64,000 bases of DNA from a bacterium (GTDB lineage: Bacteria; Patescibacteriota; Patescibacteriia; JAACEG01; JAGUWE01): NCBI GenBank assembly GCA_043798995.1, contig JAZDOD010000011.1, forward strand, positions 4,737 through 68,736, written 5' to 3'. The notes beneath the pieces are model-generated. The model was not told the DNA's origin and ran no database searches. It worked only from the letters and a program-made list of their open reading frames with translations. Both the position numbers and the translations under genes were made by a program. Below, one piece after another: positions 32,074 through 40,701 of the stretch. Every line of letters begins with the position of its first letter. Within the stretch, counting starts at the first letter, position 1.

Positions 32074-33366
32074 TTATTTTTTTTGGTATTTGAGAGATTT
32101 ATGGGCAATATCGGTTCGAAAATGTACTCCGGGCCAGGAAATTTTATAAACGGCGCTGTAAGTTTTAACAATAGCTTCCGCAATATTTTTACCCAAGCCG
32201 GTGACGCCCAGGACTCTGCCGCCGTTAGTAAGAAAAAAATTATTTGCCAGTTTTGTACCGGCATGAAAAATCATAATGTCGGGCAGTTTAAGCGCTTTTT
32301 CTATCCCCTGGATAGTCATTCCGGTTTGATATTTTTCCGGATACCCCGAAGAGGCCATTACCACGCAGACCGAGGATCTTTTGTCCCATTCAATTGGACA
32401 AGAGAGAATGTCCTGATCATGGCCCTCGGTACAAGCTAAAAGTATGGGTACAATATCGCTTTTCAGGCGAGCTAAAATTGGCTGGGTTTCGGGATCTCCT
32501 AAGCGAACATTAATCTCGAGCACATGTGGCTCGCCATCGCAGATCATCAGCCCTGCATAAAGTACGCCGCGGTAAGGAATGCCTTCCTTGCGCAAGCCAT
32601 TAACAATCGGCATGGTAATCTTTCCCAAAATTTTTTGCTGGAGTTTTTCAGTAATAAGAGGTACGGGTGAATAAGCGCCCATTCCGCCGGTATTGGAGCC
32701 TTGGTCATTGTCAAAGATCGTTTTATGATCTTGAGAGGTTGGCATGGGCAAAATATTTTTGCCGTCGCTAAAAACCATAAACGAGGCCTCCTCGCCGTCT
32801 AGAAATTGTTCAATCAGTATTCTTTTCCCGGCTTGATTCAAACTTTTTTCTATCATCAGTGTCTTAATGAAATTAAGCGCTTCTTTTTTTTCGTGGCATA
32901 CTTTAACGCCCTTGCCTCCGGCTAATCCATCGGCTTTAATGACAAAAGGAAATTCTTGCTTTTTCACAAAATTAATTGCGCGGCTTGGCTCGTGAAAGAT
33001 CGCATAAGAAGCAGTTGGTACATGGTATTTTTTCATTAATTTTTTGGCAAAGATTTTGCTTTTTTCAAGTTTAGCCGCCCTTTTTGTTGGTCCGAAAATC
33101 TTCAGTCCGATCTTGTTAAAAAAATCGACGATGCCTAAAGCCAGTGGTTTTTCTGGTCCAACTACAGTTAGGCCAATTTTTTCTTCTTTCGCAAATTTAG
33201 CCAGTTGTTTAATATCGCTTGATCCTATCGGGATTCTTATTGCTTCTTTCATGCCGTCGTTTCCCGGAGCGCAAAAAATTTCATCCACCAAGGAACTTTG
33301 CCTGATTTTCCAAACCAGGGCATGTTCTCGGCCGCCCTTGCCAATAACTAAAACCTTCATTCCCAT
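32074..33366 (-). CDS. purD: Phosphoribosylamine--glycine ligase
   Basis: GGREHAL, VVGPE, KADGLAGGKGV, NTGGMGAY, RLGDPETQ, TNGGRVL. Confidence 0.97.
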   Translation of the reverse strand: MGMKVLVIGKGGREHALVWKIRQSSLVDEIFCAPGNDGMKEAIRIPIGSSDIKQLAKFAKEEKIGLTVVGPEKPLALGIVDFFNKIGLKIFGPTKRAAKLEKSKIFAKKLMKKYHVPTASYAIFHEPSRAINFVKKQEFPFVIKADGLAGGKGVKVCHEKKEALNFIKTLMIEKSLNQAGKRILIEQFLDGEEASFMVFSDGKNILPMPTSQDHKTIFDNDQGSNTGGMGAYSPVPLITEKLQQKILGKITMPIVNGLRKEGIPYRGVLYAGLMICDGEPHVLEINVRLGDPETQPILARLKSDIVPILLACTEGHDQDILSCPIEWDKRSSVCVVMASSGYPEKYQTGMTIQGIEKALKLPDIMIFHAGTKLANNFFLTNGGRVLGVTGLGKNIAEAIVKTYSAVYKISWPGVHFRTDIAHKSLKYQKK

Positions 33367-33534
33367 TTGTTACCTCCTTTAATTGATTTTGTTAGGATCT
33401 ACTTTTAATTTTAAAGATCAGATTTTTCAATATCACTTATAAAGTAATATTATTTTATTTTAATATTAAATTTGCCAAAAGTCAACCCTTAGGTTAAAAT
33501 TGAAAAGCGCAAAAATTTTTGCTAAAGTAAAGCC

Positions 33535-33843
33535 ATGAACTTAATCCTTGTTTATATTACAAATCCTTCTAAGGCCGAAGCTAAAAAAATCGCTGAATAT
33601 TTACTTAAAAAGCGATTGGCGGCTTGCGTTAATATTTTTCCAATTGAAAGTATGTATCGCTGGCAGGGAAAAATTGTCGACGAAAAAGAATTTGTTTTAA
33701 TTGCTAAAACCAAAAAAGAAAATTTTAACAAGGTTAAAAAAGAAGTGGAAAAAATCCACTCTTATTCCATACCTTGTCTAATTCAAATTCCGGCCAAAGC
33801 TAATGAAAAATATTTTAAGTGGCTAAAAAGGGAAGTGAGTTAA
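33535..33843 (+). CDS. cutA: Divalent-cation tolerance protein CutA
   Basis: LAACVN, SMYRWQG, HSYSIP, YFKWL. Confidence 0.93.
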   Translation: MNLILVYITNPSKAEAKKIAEYLLKKRLAACVNIFPIESMYRWQGKIVDEKEFVLIAKTKKENFNKVKKEVEKIHSYSIPCLIQIPAKANEKYFKWLKREVS

Positions 33844-33866
33844 TTTATTTAATTAAAATAAGCACT

Positions 33867-34364
33867 ATGATTACAGAACAATTTGAGTTGCGCGAAGAAG
33901 AATCAAGAGAAGAAAAAGAAATTGATACGGATGAAATTGTCAAAGAGTCCATTGAAAATTTACGAAAAGATCTGCAACAAGAAAAAGAAAAGGGAGCTGA
34001 TTCTCACTGGAAAGGCATAAACGTTCCGGAATTAACCATGGAAGATTTAATGATTTATGACAAATGGAAAAAGGGGACTCTGGTCCCCCAGGAATTTAAT
34101 AGCTATTCGGAAAGATTGAGGCAATATTTCAAAGAGCAAAAGCAACAGAAAGCCGAGGAAACAATTAATAATTTGAGGAAAAAATTAAAAGAAAAAGAAA
34201 TTACCTCTGAGGAATTTGATCAACAAGTAAGAGAAATGCTAAAAAAAGAAGATGTCAAAAGGTCTCTTAAGGGATTGGGATATATAAGCGATTCTTTCAA
34301 AGATTCCCGAGCTAATCTTCAAGCAATGATCCGTAACCAAATGATAAATCAAGGTCTATTATAA
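33867..34364 (+). CDS. Charged coiled-coil hypothetical protein
   Basis: E/K-rich ORF; ATG start at 33867. Confidence 0.65.
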   Translation: MITEQFELREEESREEKEIDTDEIVKESIENLRKDLQQEKEKGADSHWKGINVPELTMEDLMIYDKWKKGTLVPQEFNSYSERLRQYFKEQKQQKAEETINNLRKKLKEKEITSEEFDQQVREMLKKEDVKRSLKGLGYISDSFKDSRANLQAMIRNQMINQGLL

Positions 34365-34449
34365 ATTTTGGAAGGGTCGCATTGCGCCTCTTCGGCGCAT
34401 TTATGCGCCAAGTTGGCGCATCCGCCGTTGAGGCGGAAGTGGAAAATAT

Positions 34450-34710
34450 ATGTATTATTTTTATGTTTTACAATTTAAGAATAATAAAAAATTATATAAA
34501 GGAATTACAAATAATTTAAGAAAAAGAATAACAGATCATCGTTCTGGTCAGTCAAAATTTACTTCACGAAACGGCGATTTTAATTTAATTTTTTATGAAG
34601 CGTATTTAGATAAAAGAGATGCCATAGAGGCGGAAAGATATTTTAAGAGCGGTCACGGCAGAGAAGTATTGAGGCAAAAATTAAAATATTATTTTGGAAG
34701 GGTCGCATAG
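34450..34710 (+). CDS. GIY-YIG nuclease (KSGxGR subtype); stop codon inside tRNA-Ser
   Basis: YYFYVL...LYKGITNNLRKR...H...FT...YEAY...AERYFKSGHGR. Confidence 0.88.
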   Translation: MYYFYVLQFKNNKKLYKGITNNLRKRITDHRSGQSKFTSRNGDFNLIFYEAYLDKRDAIEAERYFKSGHGREVLRQKLKYYFGRVA

Positions 34711-34780
34711 TGGTCTAGTGCGCCTGCTTGGAGAGCAGGTATGCCGCAAGGCATCGCGAGTTCAAATCTCGCCCCTTCCG
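34696..34780 (+). tRNA. tRNA-Ser(GGA)
   Basis: Acceptor GGAAGGG/CCCTTCC, anticodon arm CCTGC-TTGGAGA-GCAGG, long variable arm, GTTCAAATC T loop. Confidence 0.95.
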
Positions 34781-34848
34781 TTTGAGTTTTTTGCGGCAAA
34801 AATTATCAAAGCACTTGGCGTTTCTATTGAGGAGTTAATAAAATAACT

Positions 34849-35400
34849 ATGAACGAACATCTTTTGGTAGTTAATGAAAATGATGAAATAGTCAGATTGG
34901 ATACCAAAAAAAATTGTCATTCCGGCAATGGTATTTTACATCGTGCAATCACAATTTTTATTTTTAACGAAAAAAATGAAATCTTGCTGACAAAAAGAAG
35001 CTCTCTTAAAAAACTATGGCCTGAATTTTGGGACACATCTTGCTCTACCCATGTCCGGCCAGATGAAACATATGAACAGGCCGGCGAAAGACGATTATCA
35101 GAAGAGCTCGGTTTTTCGTGCAAGTTAAAATTTATTTTTAAATTTCAATATCAGGCCAATTTTCAAAATATCGGTTCCGAAAATGAAATTTGCGCTTTAC
35201 TGATTGGAAATTATGTAGGAGATATAAATCCGAATCTTAATGAAGTTTCAGAATATAAATGGATTGATTTTATAGAATTGAAAAGAGAAATCAATAGTCA
35301 AAATAATTATTCTCCATGGTTAAAAATTGCTGTTGAAAAATATTTAAAATCCGGCTCCGAATGTATGGGGAAAATAGCAGAAATTCTACCCCGGACTTGA
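34849..35400 (+). CDS. idi: Isopentenyl-diphosphate delta-isomerase type 1 / NUDIX-fold protein
   Basis: CH..NGILHRA, WDTSCSTH, RRLSEELG, ENEIC, SPW. Confidence 0.8.
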   Translation: MNEHLLVVNENDEIVRLDTKKNCHSGNGILHRAITIFIFNEKNEILLTKRSSLKKLWPEFWDTSCSTHVRPDETYEQAGERRLSEELGFSCKLKFIFKFQYQANFQNIGSENEICALLIGNYVGDINPNLNEVSEYKWIDFIELKREINSQNNYSPWLKIAVEKYLKSGSECMGKIAEILPRT

Positions 35401-35425
35401 CATTTTTTATTTCTTGTGCTAAAAT
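35397..35425 (+). promoter_or_regulatory. Sigma70 promoter
   Basis: TTGACA-17-TAAAAT with TG extension. Confidence 0.7.
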
Positions 35426-35471
35426 AATTTATCTGTTTTAAATCGCTCTTTCTAAAAATAAGGAGGATAAA

Positions 35472-35696
35472 ATGGTAGACATAAAAAAAATTATGCTAAT
35501 TACTTTTAGTTGTCAGAATTGTGGTTATATGATTGAACACTCGATAAGGAAAGATGCTGATTCAGTCAGAGAAGGTTTTCCCGTTCATTTTGTTAACAAT
35601 AAAGAACCGGAGGACGTAGTTATCTGTAAAAATTGTAAAGAAGAGTGGACGTTCCAACTCAGTATGCTTTTAGGCAAAAAGAACAATAAACGTTAA
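35472..35696 (+). CDS. Small zinc-ribbon-like orphan protein
   Basis: CQNC...CKNC, own promoter, SD AAGGAGG, downstream hairpin and U tract. Confidence 0.7.
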   Translation: MVDIKKIMLITFSCQNCGYMIEHSIRKDADSVREGFPVHFVNNKEPEDVVICKNCKEEWTFQLSMLLGKKNNKR

Positions 35697-35841
35697 AACC
35701 CTCAAATCCAATAGAAATATTCAGCGGCGGTTCGTAAGGGCCCCGCTTTTTTATTCCAAACCCAACCGCGCCGTAAGCCCGAGAAAAACTTTCCCTTGAC
35801 AAAAAAATTTCATTATGTTATTTTAATAAAAAGATAATAAT

Positions 35842-35988
35842 ATGAATAATTTTTCATTAAAGAAAATTAATTTATCAAATCTCTTAACCAATTTTTCTTT
35901 TGGTTGGTTTTTCTTTTTCTTTGCTTTTTTAAATTTGGTTAGGAGACCGTTAAAATATCAAATATTAAAAATAAAAAATCAAATATAA
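35842..35988 (+). CDS. Leader peptide with five consecutive Phe (attenuator 1)
   Basis: MNNFSLKKINLSNLLTNFSFGWFFFFFAFLNLVRRPLKYQILKIKNQI; promoter TTGACA at 35796. Confidence 0.7.
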   Translation: MNNFSLKKINLSNLLTNFSFGWFFFFFAFLNLVRRPLKYQILKIKNQI

Positions 35989-36042
35989 GATAATTAGAAA
36001 TAAAAATAATAATATAAAGGCCTCCTAATCACGGAGGCCTTT
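35880..36042 (+). promoter_or_regulatory. Transcription attenuator 1 (1:2, 2:3, 3:4 stems)
   Basis: Seg1 TCTCTTAACCAA 35880-35891, seg2 TTGGTTAGGAGACC 35935-35948, terminator AAAGGCCTCC-TAATCAC-GGAGGCCTTT 36016-36042. Confidence 0.75.
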
Positions 36043-36087
36043 AAAATTAGTTAATCGTTCTTTAATAAATTTTAAAAAGGAGGGGAG

Positions 36088-36399
36088 ATGACAAAAAAAT
36101 ATTTTACGTTTAGTGATGCCACTAAGGCAAATCAATCTTTGGAAGTAAAAAAGGTGGTGACTGCCTATCTTCAGGTTGAAAAAGGAGAGCCGGATCTCAT
36201 TCAACACATTTTAGAAAAAATGCGTGGGGACAGGTTAATAATTCATTTTCGCAAAAACGGATTTAAAGTAGAGGATGTCTTGAAAGATGTTACAGCAGAG
36301 TCGCTTTTTTTAGAAGGAGGAAAAGAAATACCAATTCAGAAGATAGCCAGGATTGAACGAGTTGAATTATTAGCCAAAGTGGAACTTTGGCTTTACTAA
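36088..36399 (+). CDS. Orphan protein downstream of Phe attenuator
   Basis: 103 aa, SD AAGGAGG, terminator at about 36412-36440. Confidence 0.7.
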   Translation: MTKKYFTFSDATKANQSLEVKKVVTAYLQVEKGEPDLIQHILEKMRGDRLIIHFRKNGFKVEDVLKDVTAESLFLEGGKEIPIQKIARIERVELLAKVELWLY

Positions 36400-36519
36400 G
36401 AATTAAGAAGTCAAGAGGGCTTTTAGCCCTCTTTTTTCTTTTAAGTAATCACTAACTATTTTATTGGCTCTTGACTAATTTTTAAAAATAGCTATAATCA
36501 AAGAAATAATCAAAAAACA

Positions 36520-36663
36520 ATGAATAATCTTTTTTTAATCAAAGTTAATTTATTAAATCTCTTAACCAATCTTTCATTGGTTTTATTGCTCTTGCTTTTG
36601 AGCCGTTTTTTGGTTGGGAGACCATTAGAATGTCAAATATCAAATATCAAAAATAAAAAATAA
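36520..36663 (+). CDS. Leader peptide with six consecutive Leu (attenuator 2)
   Basis: MNNLFLIKVNLLNLLTNLSLVLLLLLLSRFLVGRPLECQISNIKNKK; promoter TTGACT-16-TATAAT 36471-36498. Confidence 0.7.
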   Translation: MNNLFLIKVNLLNLLTNLSLVLLLLLLSRFLVGRPLECQISNIKNKK

Positions 36664-36718
36664 TTTAAGATAAATAACTAAAATTAGATAAAAGCCTCCC
36701 AACCAAAAGGGGGGCTTT
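36558..36718 (+). promoter_or_regulatory. Transcription attenuator 2
   Basis: Seg1 TCTCTTAACCAA 36558-36569, seg2 TTGGTTGGGAGA 36610-36621, seg3/terminator 36691-36718. Confidence 0.75.
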
Positions 36719-36779
36719 AAATTTTATTTGAATCGTTCTTTTTAACAATTTTAAATCCAAAAAACCAAAGGAGGGTAAA

Positions 36780-36986
36780 ATGGAAATTATTTTAACAGAC
36801 GAACGAGACGATGAAGTTAAGAAAAAAATTTGGTTCTGCGACAAATGCGGAAAAATATTTAGAAACGGCGGTGATGAATTAACCAAGGCCGAAATAGCTA
36901 TCCTTAAAAAAGAGTTTTGCCAGGCAGGTGGTTGTCATTCAATAATTTATCGCGAGGTTTCGGTTAACCAAAAAATCGCACTTTAG
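36780..36986 (+). CDS. Small Cys-rich orphan protein downstream of Leu attenuator
   Basis: CDKC...CQAGGC, SD AAGGAGG, downstream hairpin. Confidence 0.65.
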   Translation: MEIILTDERDDEVKKKIWFCDKCGKIFRNGGDELTKAEIAILKKEFCQAGGCHSIIYREVSVNQKIAL

Positions 36987-37105
36987 CATTTTGCTTAAAG
37001 GGTAGGCCAAGGCGTCTACCCTTATTTTTTATTTTGATTTATAATGAAAGTTAGCTAATCTCGGCCGTTTTTAGCAAAATAGCCAGATTTAATTTTATTT
37101 TGAAT

Positions 37106-37993
37106 ATGAAGATTTCAATTGGCATCATCGGCTTGCCCAATGTGGGCAAATCAACCTTATTTAAGCTCTTAACCAAGCAGGAAGCCAAAATTGCCAATTA
37201 TCCTTTTGTCACCATTGATCCCAATGTGGGCGTGGTCGCCATGCCTGATGAGCGCTTGGCGCAGGTGGCCAAAGCCATTGGTTCAAAAGCAATTTTTCCG
37301 GCGGTTTTTGAATTTGTTGATATCGCCGGTTTGGTCAAAGGCGCCCACGAGGGAGCGGGTTTGGGCAATCAATTTTTATCGCATATCCGCGAAGTTGACG
37401 CTATTGTCCATTTAGTCAGAATTTTTAAAGACAGCGATATTATCCAATTTGATGCCGCCAGTAATTCCGTTAGCGATTTTGAAACAATTTTAGAAGAATT
37501 AAAACTAAAAGATGAAGAGTCGCGCGAAAAAATCAATCTTTTAAGCGCCAAGCCGCAATTAGTGGTTTTAAACGGCCAAGCCGAGGAAATACCGCCCGAA
37601 TTAATTAATAAATTTAAATCATTAAATCAGCCCTATCTTCTGATTAATCTTAAGAATGAACTGGGCGAAGAAGATTTAAAAAAAATATTTGGCGAATTTC
37701 TTAAATTTCTTAAATTGATCACTTTTTTTACAGCCAATGAAAATGAAGCGCGCAGCTGGTTTGTCAAAGTTGGGACTAAAGCCCCGCTAGCAGCCGGCGT
37801 GATTCACACTGATTTTGAACAAAAGTTCATTAAAGCAGAAGTGATTAATTGGCAAATATTGATTGATATTGCCCGTTCGGCAAGCTCAGGGCAGGGCAAC
37901 TGGCAACAGGCCAAGCAAAAAGGTTTGGTCCGCCTGGAAGGTAAGGAATATATTGTTCAAGAAGGAGACGTGGTTTTAATAAAGCATGGTTAA
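37106..37993 (+). CDS. ychF: Obg-family ATPase YchF (internally shortened)
   Basis: GLPNVGKST, ANYPFVTIDPN, DIAGLVKGA, GLGNQFL, AAGVIHTDF, EGKEYIVQEGD. Confidence 0.93.
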   Translation: MKISIGIIGLPNVGKSTLFKLLTKQEAKIANYPFVTIDPNVGVVAMPDERLAQVAKAIGSKAIFPAVFEFVDIAGLVKGAHEGAGLGNQFLSHIREVDAIVHLVRIFKDSDIIQFDAASNSVSDFETILEELKLKDEESREKINLLSAKPQLVVLNGQAEEIPPELINKFKSLNQPYLLINLKNELGEEDLKKIFGEFLKFLKLITFFTANENEARSWFVKVGTKAPLAAGVIHTDFEQKFIKAEVINWQILIDIARSASSGQGNWQQAKQKGLVRLEGKEYIVQEGDVVLIKHG

Positions 37994-38019
37994 AAATTTC
38001 TAATTTCTAATTTTTATTT

Positions 38020-39177
38020 ATGTATCGCGGAATCGCTACTTTTACTTTGGACTATGGCAAGTGCCCGCGTTGGCTTTTTGAGCGGATGGTTAAACTTGGC
38101 CGGGAAATGACAAGGGTTTTAATTGACGAGTATGGCCCGGATGAATTTATTAAAAGAATTGCCGATCCGGTTTGGTTTCAGTCCTTGGGCACGGTTTTGG
38201 CTTTTGACTGGAATGCCAGTGGCCTCACCACTATTTTAACCGCCGCGCTTAAAGAAGCCATTCGTGGCCAGGAAAAAGATTTAGGAATTTTTATCTGCGG
38301 CGGCAAAGGCAAAACTTCGCGCAAAACACCGGATGAGATTGCTCTTTGGGGCCAGAAATTATCGCTGCCCGAAGATAAAATCAATTCCTTAATTTATAAT
38401 TCCAAAATGGCGGCTAAAGTTGACAGCTCCCTGGTTCAGGACGGATTTCAAATTTATCATCACACCTTTTTCTTTAGTAAAAATGGAGGGTGGGCTGTGG
38501 TTCAGCAGGGGATGAATGCCCAAAATCAGACCGCCCGGCGTTATCATTGGTTTTCGGAAAATATCCAAGATTTAGTGGTGGAGCCGCATAGCGGCGTGGT
38601 TTCTGACAGCCGCGGTATAGTTTTAAACTTGGTGGCTAAAGAAAGCGATAAGACCCGAGAATTGTCCACCGAATTAGTCCAAAGCGGTTATAAAACATTA
38701 ATGAAAGATATTGAGCTTTTGCGCCGCCACAGTTCAAGTTTAAGCCGGATGCTGGCGCTTAAATTTAAAGGCGAAAAATTAACCTTTCTGGAATTAGCCA
38801 ATACCGAATTTAAAACTCATCCGGTTTTAGCTGAGGATTTTTCCAAGAGTTGTTATCTGGAAAAAATTTTAGCCAAAGTAACAGATGAAAAGCCAAAAAC
38901 CTACGAAGAACTTTTAGCCACTTCTGGCGTTGGTCCGAAAACTATGCGGGCTTTAGCATTGGTCGGCGAAGTAATTTACGGCGCCGAGCCGTCTTACGAG
39001 GATCCGGCACGCTATAGTTTTGCTCACGGCGGCAAAGATTGGACACCCTATCCGGTTGACCGCCCGACTTATGATTTTACCATCCAGACCATGCAGCGAT
39101 TGGTTGCCAAAACTAAAATCTCGCTTTTTGAAAAAAAGCGAATTGAAAAAAGATTATTAATTGAACATCCTTTTTAA
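38020..39177 (+). CDS. DUF763 family protein
   Basis: PRWLFERM, DPVWFQSLG, GGKG, VVQQGMN, ARRYHW, FAHGGKD. Confidence 0.85.
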   Translation: MYRGIATFTLDYGKCPRWLFERMVKLGREMTRVLIDEYGPDEFIKRIADPVWFQSLGTVLAFDWNASGLTTILTAALKEAIRGQEKDLGIFICGGKGKTSRKTPDEIALWGQKLSLPEDKINSLIYNSKMAAKVDSSLVQDGFQIYHHTFFFSKNGGWAVVQQGMNAQNQTARRYHWFSENIQDLVVEPHSGVVSDSRGIVLNLVAKESDKTRELSTELVQSGYKTLMKDIELLRRHSSSLSRMLALKFKGEKLTFLELANTEFKTHPVLAEDFSKSCYLEKILAKVTDEKPKTYEELLATSGVGPKTMRALALVGEVIYGAEPSYEDPARYSFAHGGKDWTPYPVDRPTYDFTIQTMQRLVAKTKISLFEKKRIEKRLLIEHPF

Positions 39178-39217
39178 ATAAATTTTCAATTTTTTAATTA
39201 AATAAAATAAGAATTTT

Positions 39218-39547
39218 ATGAATTTTGAAGAGTATCAAAAACTTTCGCGGCGGACTGCGTTTTATCCTAACAAAGACAATAATTTTGTTTATCCGACTCT
39301 GGGCTTAAGCGGGGAAACCGGGGAAGTGGCGGAAAAAATCAAAAAAGTTTTGCGTGACAAAAATGGGGTAGTTGACGAAGCCACCAAAGCCGATTTAGCC
39401 AAAGAATTGGGTGATGTTTTGTGGTATATGGCGCAAATTGCCACTGAACTCGGACTTTCACTTGATGAGATTGCTAAGAATAACATTGTCAAATTAGCCG
39501 ATAGGCAGAAGCGAGATATGCTTAAAGGCAATGGTGATAACAGATGA
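39218..39547 (+). CDS. MazG-like nucleotide pyrophosphohydrolase
   Basis: LGLSGETGEVAEKIKK, KELGDVLWY, GNGDNR. Confidence 0.9.
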   Translation: MNFEEYQKLSRRTAFYPNKDNNFVYPTLGLSGETGEVAEKIKKVLRDKNGVVDEATKADLAKELGDVLWYMAQIATELGLSLDEIAKNNIVKLADRQKRDMLKGNGDNR

Positions 39548-39561
39548 CCCCACTTAGTGGG

Positions 39562-39670
39562 GTCATCCCGAGTGCAGCTCCGTCTAACGGAGCGAAGTCG
39601 AGGGATCCCGTTTAATGAAATAAGAGATCCTCGCGTCGTCCCGCCTTTGGCGGGACTCCTCAGGATGACA
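39562..39670. repeat. Family C palindrome doublet
   Basis: GTCATCCCGAG...GGATCCC...GAGATCC...CTCAGGATGACA. Confidence 0.8.
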
Positions 39671-39677
39671 AGAAAGT

Positions 39678-39864
39678 AATCCCCCCTGTGGATAACTTTT
39701 AACAAAAGGACTTGACAAGTTTTTTTTAAAATAGTAAAGTAAAGGCACAATCAACAAACACCACACTCTATATCTATCAGCCATCGACGGCACCAAAAAC
39801 CCAAACAACCAACCCAACCCCACAAACAATCAAACCAAAACACATACTTTTTTTATTGGTAAAA
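39678..39864 (+). repeat. About 185-bp direct repeat, copy 1 (DnaA box, promoter, C/A-rich tract)
   Basis: Near-identical to 40274-40462; TGTGGATAA 39687-39695, TTGACA-17-TAAAGT. Confidence 0.9.
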
Positions 39865-40255
39865 AATTTTCCTTTGTCTTTCAGGGCTTATTAAAATGTC
39901 ATACTGAACTCGTTTCAGTATCTCACAGAGAATTCAAAAAGAGATCCCAAAACCCGCCTGCTCGCCTCGCTGAAGCTTATGACGAAGCGGGCCAACGAGG
40001 CAGGCAAATTCGGGACGACAACTTAAGAATAAGGAATAATAAGCCATGAAAGGCGGGGGATTTTTTCCTTTAGTGTTGGCGGTAGCGCTCAATTCCTTAA
40101 AGTATGTGTTTTCCGGATGGTTAATTAAAATTTGACTGTCCGGCGCTTGTGGGAAAAAAATATATATAGTGTGGTGCTATATCAAAAATGATGCGCTACT
40201 GCCAGCACTAAAGGAAGAAATAAAGAGCGACTAAAAAACGCTCTTTTTATTTTTT
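39745..40255 (+). ncRNA. Candidate structured ncRNA (long form)
   Basis: Promoter, no plus-strand ORF, long stems with G-U pairs, terminator 40222-40255. Confidence 0.45.
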
Positions 40256-40273
40256 AAGATCAATAAATGACGA

Positions 40274-40462
40274 AATCTCCCCTTGTGGATAACTTTTAGC
40301 AAAAGGACTTGACAGGCCTTTTTTAAAATAGTAAAGTAAAGGCACAATCAACAAACACCACACTCTATATCTATCAGCCATCGACGGCACCAAAAACCCA
40401 AACAACCAACCCAACCCCACAACCCAATCAAACCAAAACACATACTTTTTTTATTGGTAAAA
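40274..40462 (+). repeat. About 185-bp direct repeat, copy 2 (candidate short sRNA ending at terminator about 40466-40490)
   Basis: TGTGGATAA 40284-40292, TTGACA 40309, same C/A-rich tract. Confidence 0.9.
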
Positions 40463-40490
40463 ACAGAACTCCTCATCGGAGTTTTTTTAT

Positions 40491-40626
40491 TCTCCTTCGC
40501 CAGAATACCTCACCGCTTGCGGCGAGGATGAATGGCGAGGAGAACCCTTCCGAAGCTCGAAGAGCGAAGGAGGGTTGGCTTCGGAAGAATTCCGATACCG
40601 CACCGCTTGCGGTGCGGTTCTTTATT
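40491..40626. repeat. Hairpin-ended element resembling IS200/IS605-derived MITE
   Basis: Two similar hairpins ATACCTCACCGCTTGCGGCGAGG and ATACCGCACCGCTTGCGGTGCGG flank an internal palindrome; no transposase. Confidence 0.45.
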
Positions 40627-40701
40627 TGGCTTTGTTACTAAAAATTGTTATTATGATATTAACTTAATCGCGTTTAATTTTTATTAGTAGAGTTAATTTT
40701 T

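Noticed and set aside
39584-40441. Hydrophobic minus-strand ORFs (81 and 64 aa) as type I toxins
   Set aside because: They are the antisense of the C/A-rich tract, lack ATG and SD, and their 5' frames differ between copies by a 1-nt indel; hydrophobicity follows from G/T richness
39678-40462. CRISPR array
   Set aside because: Only two long repeats, no regular repeat-spacer period and no cas genes anywhere in the window
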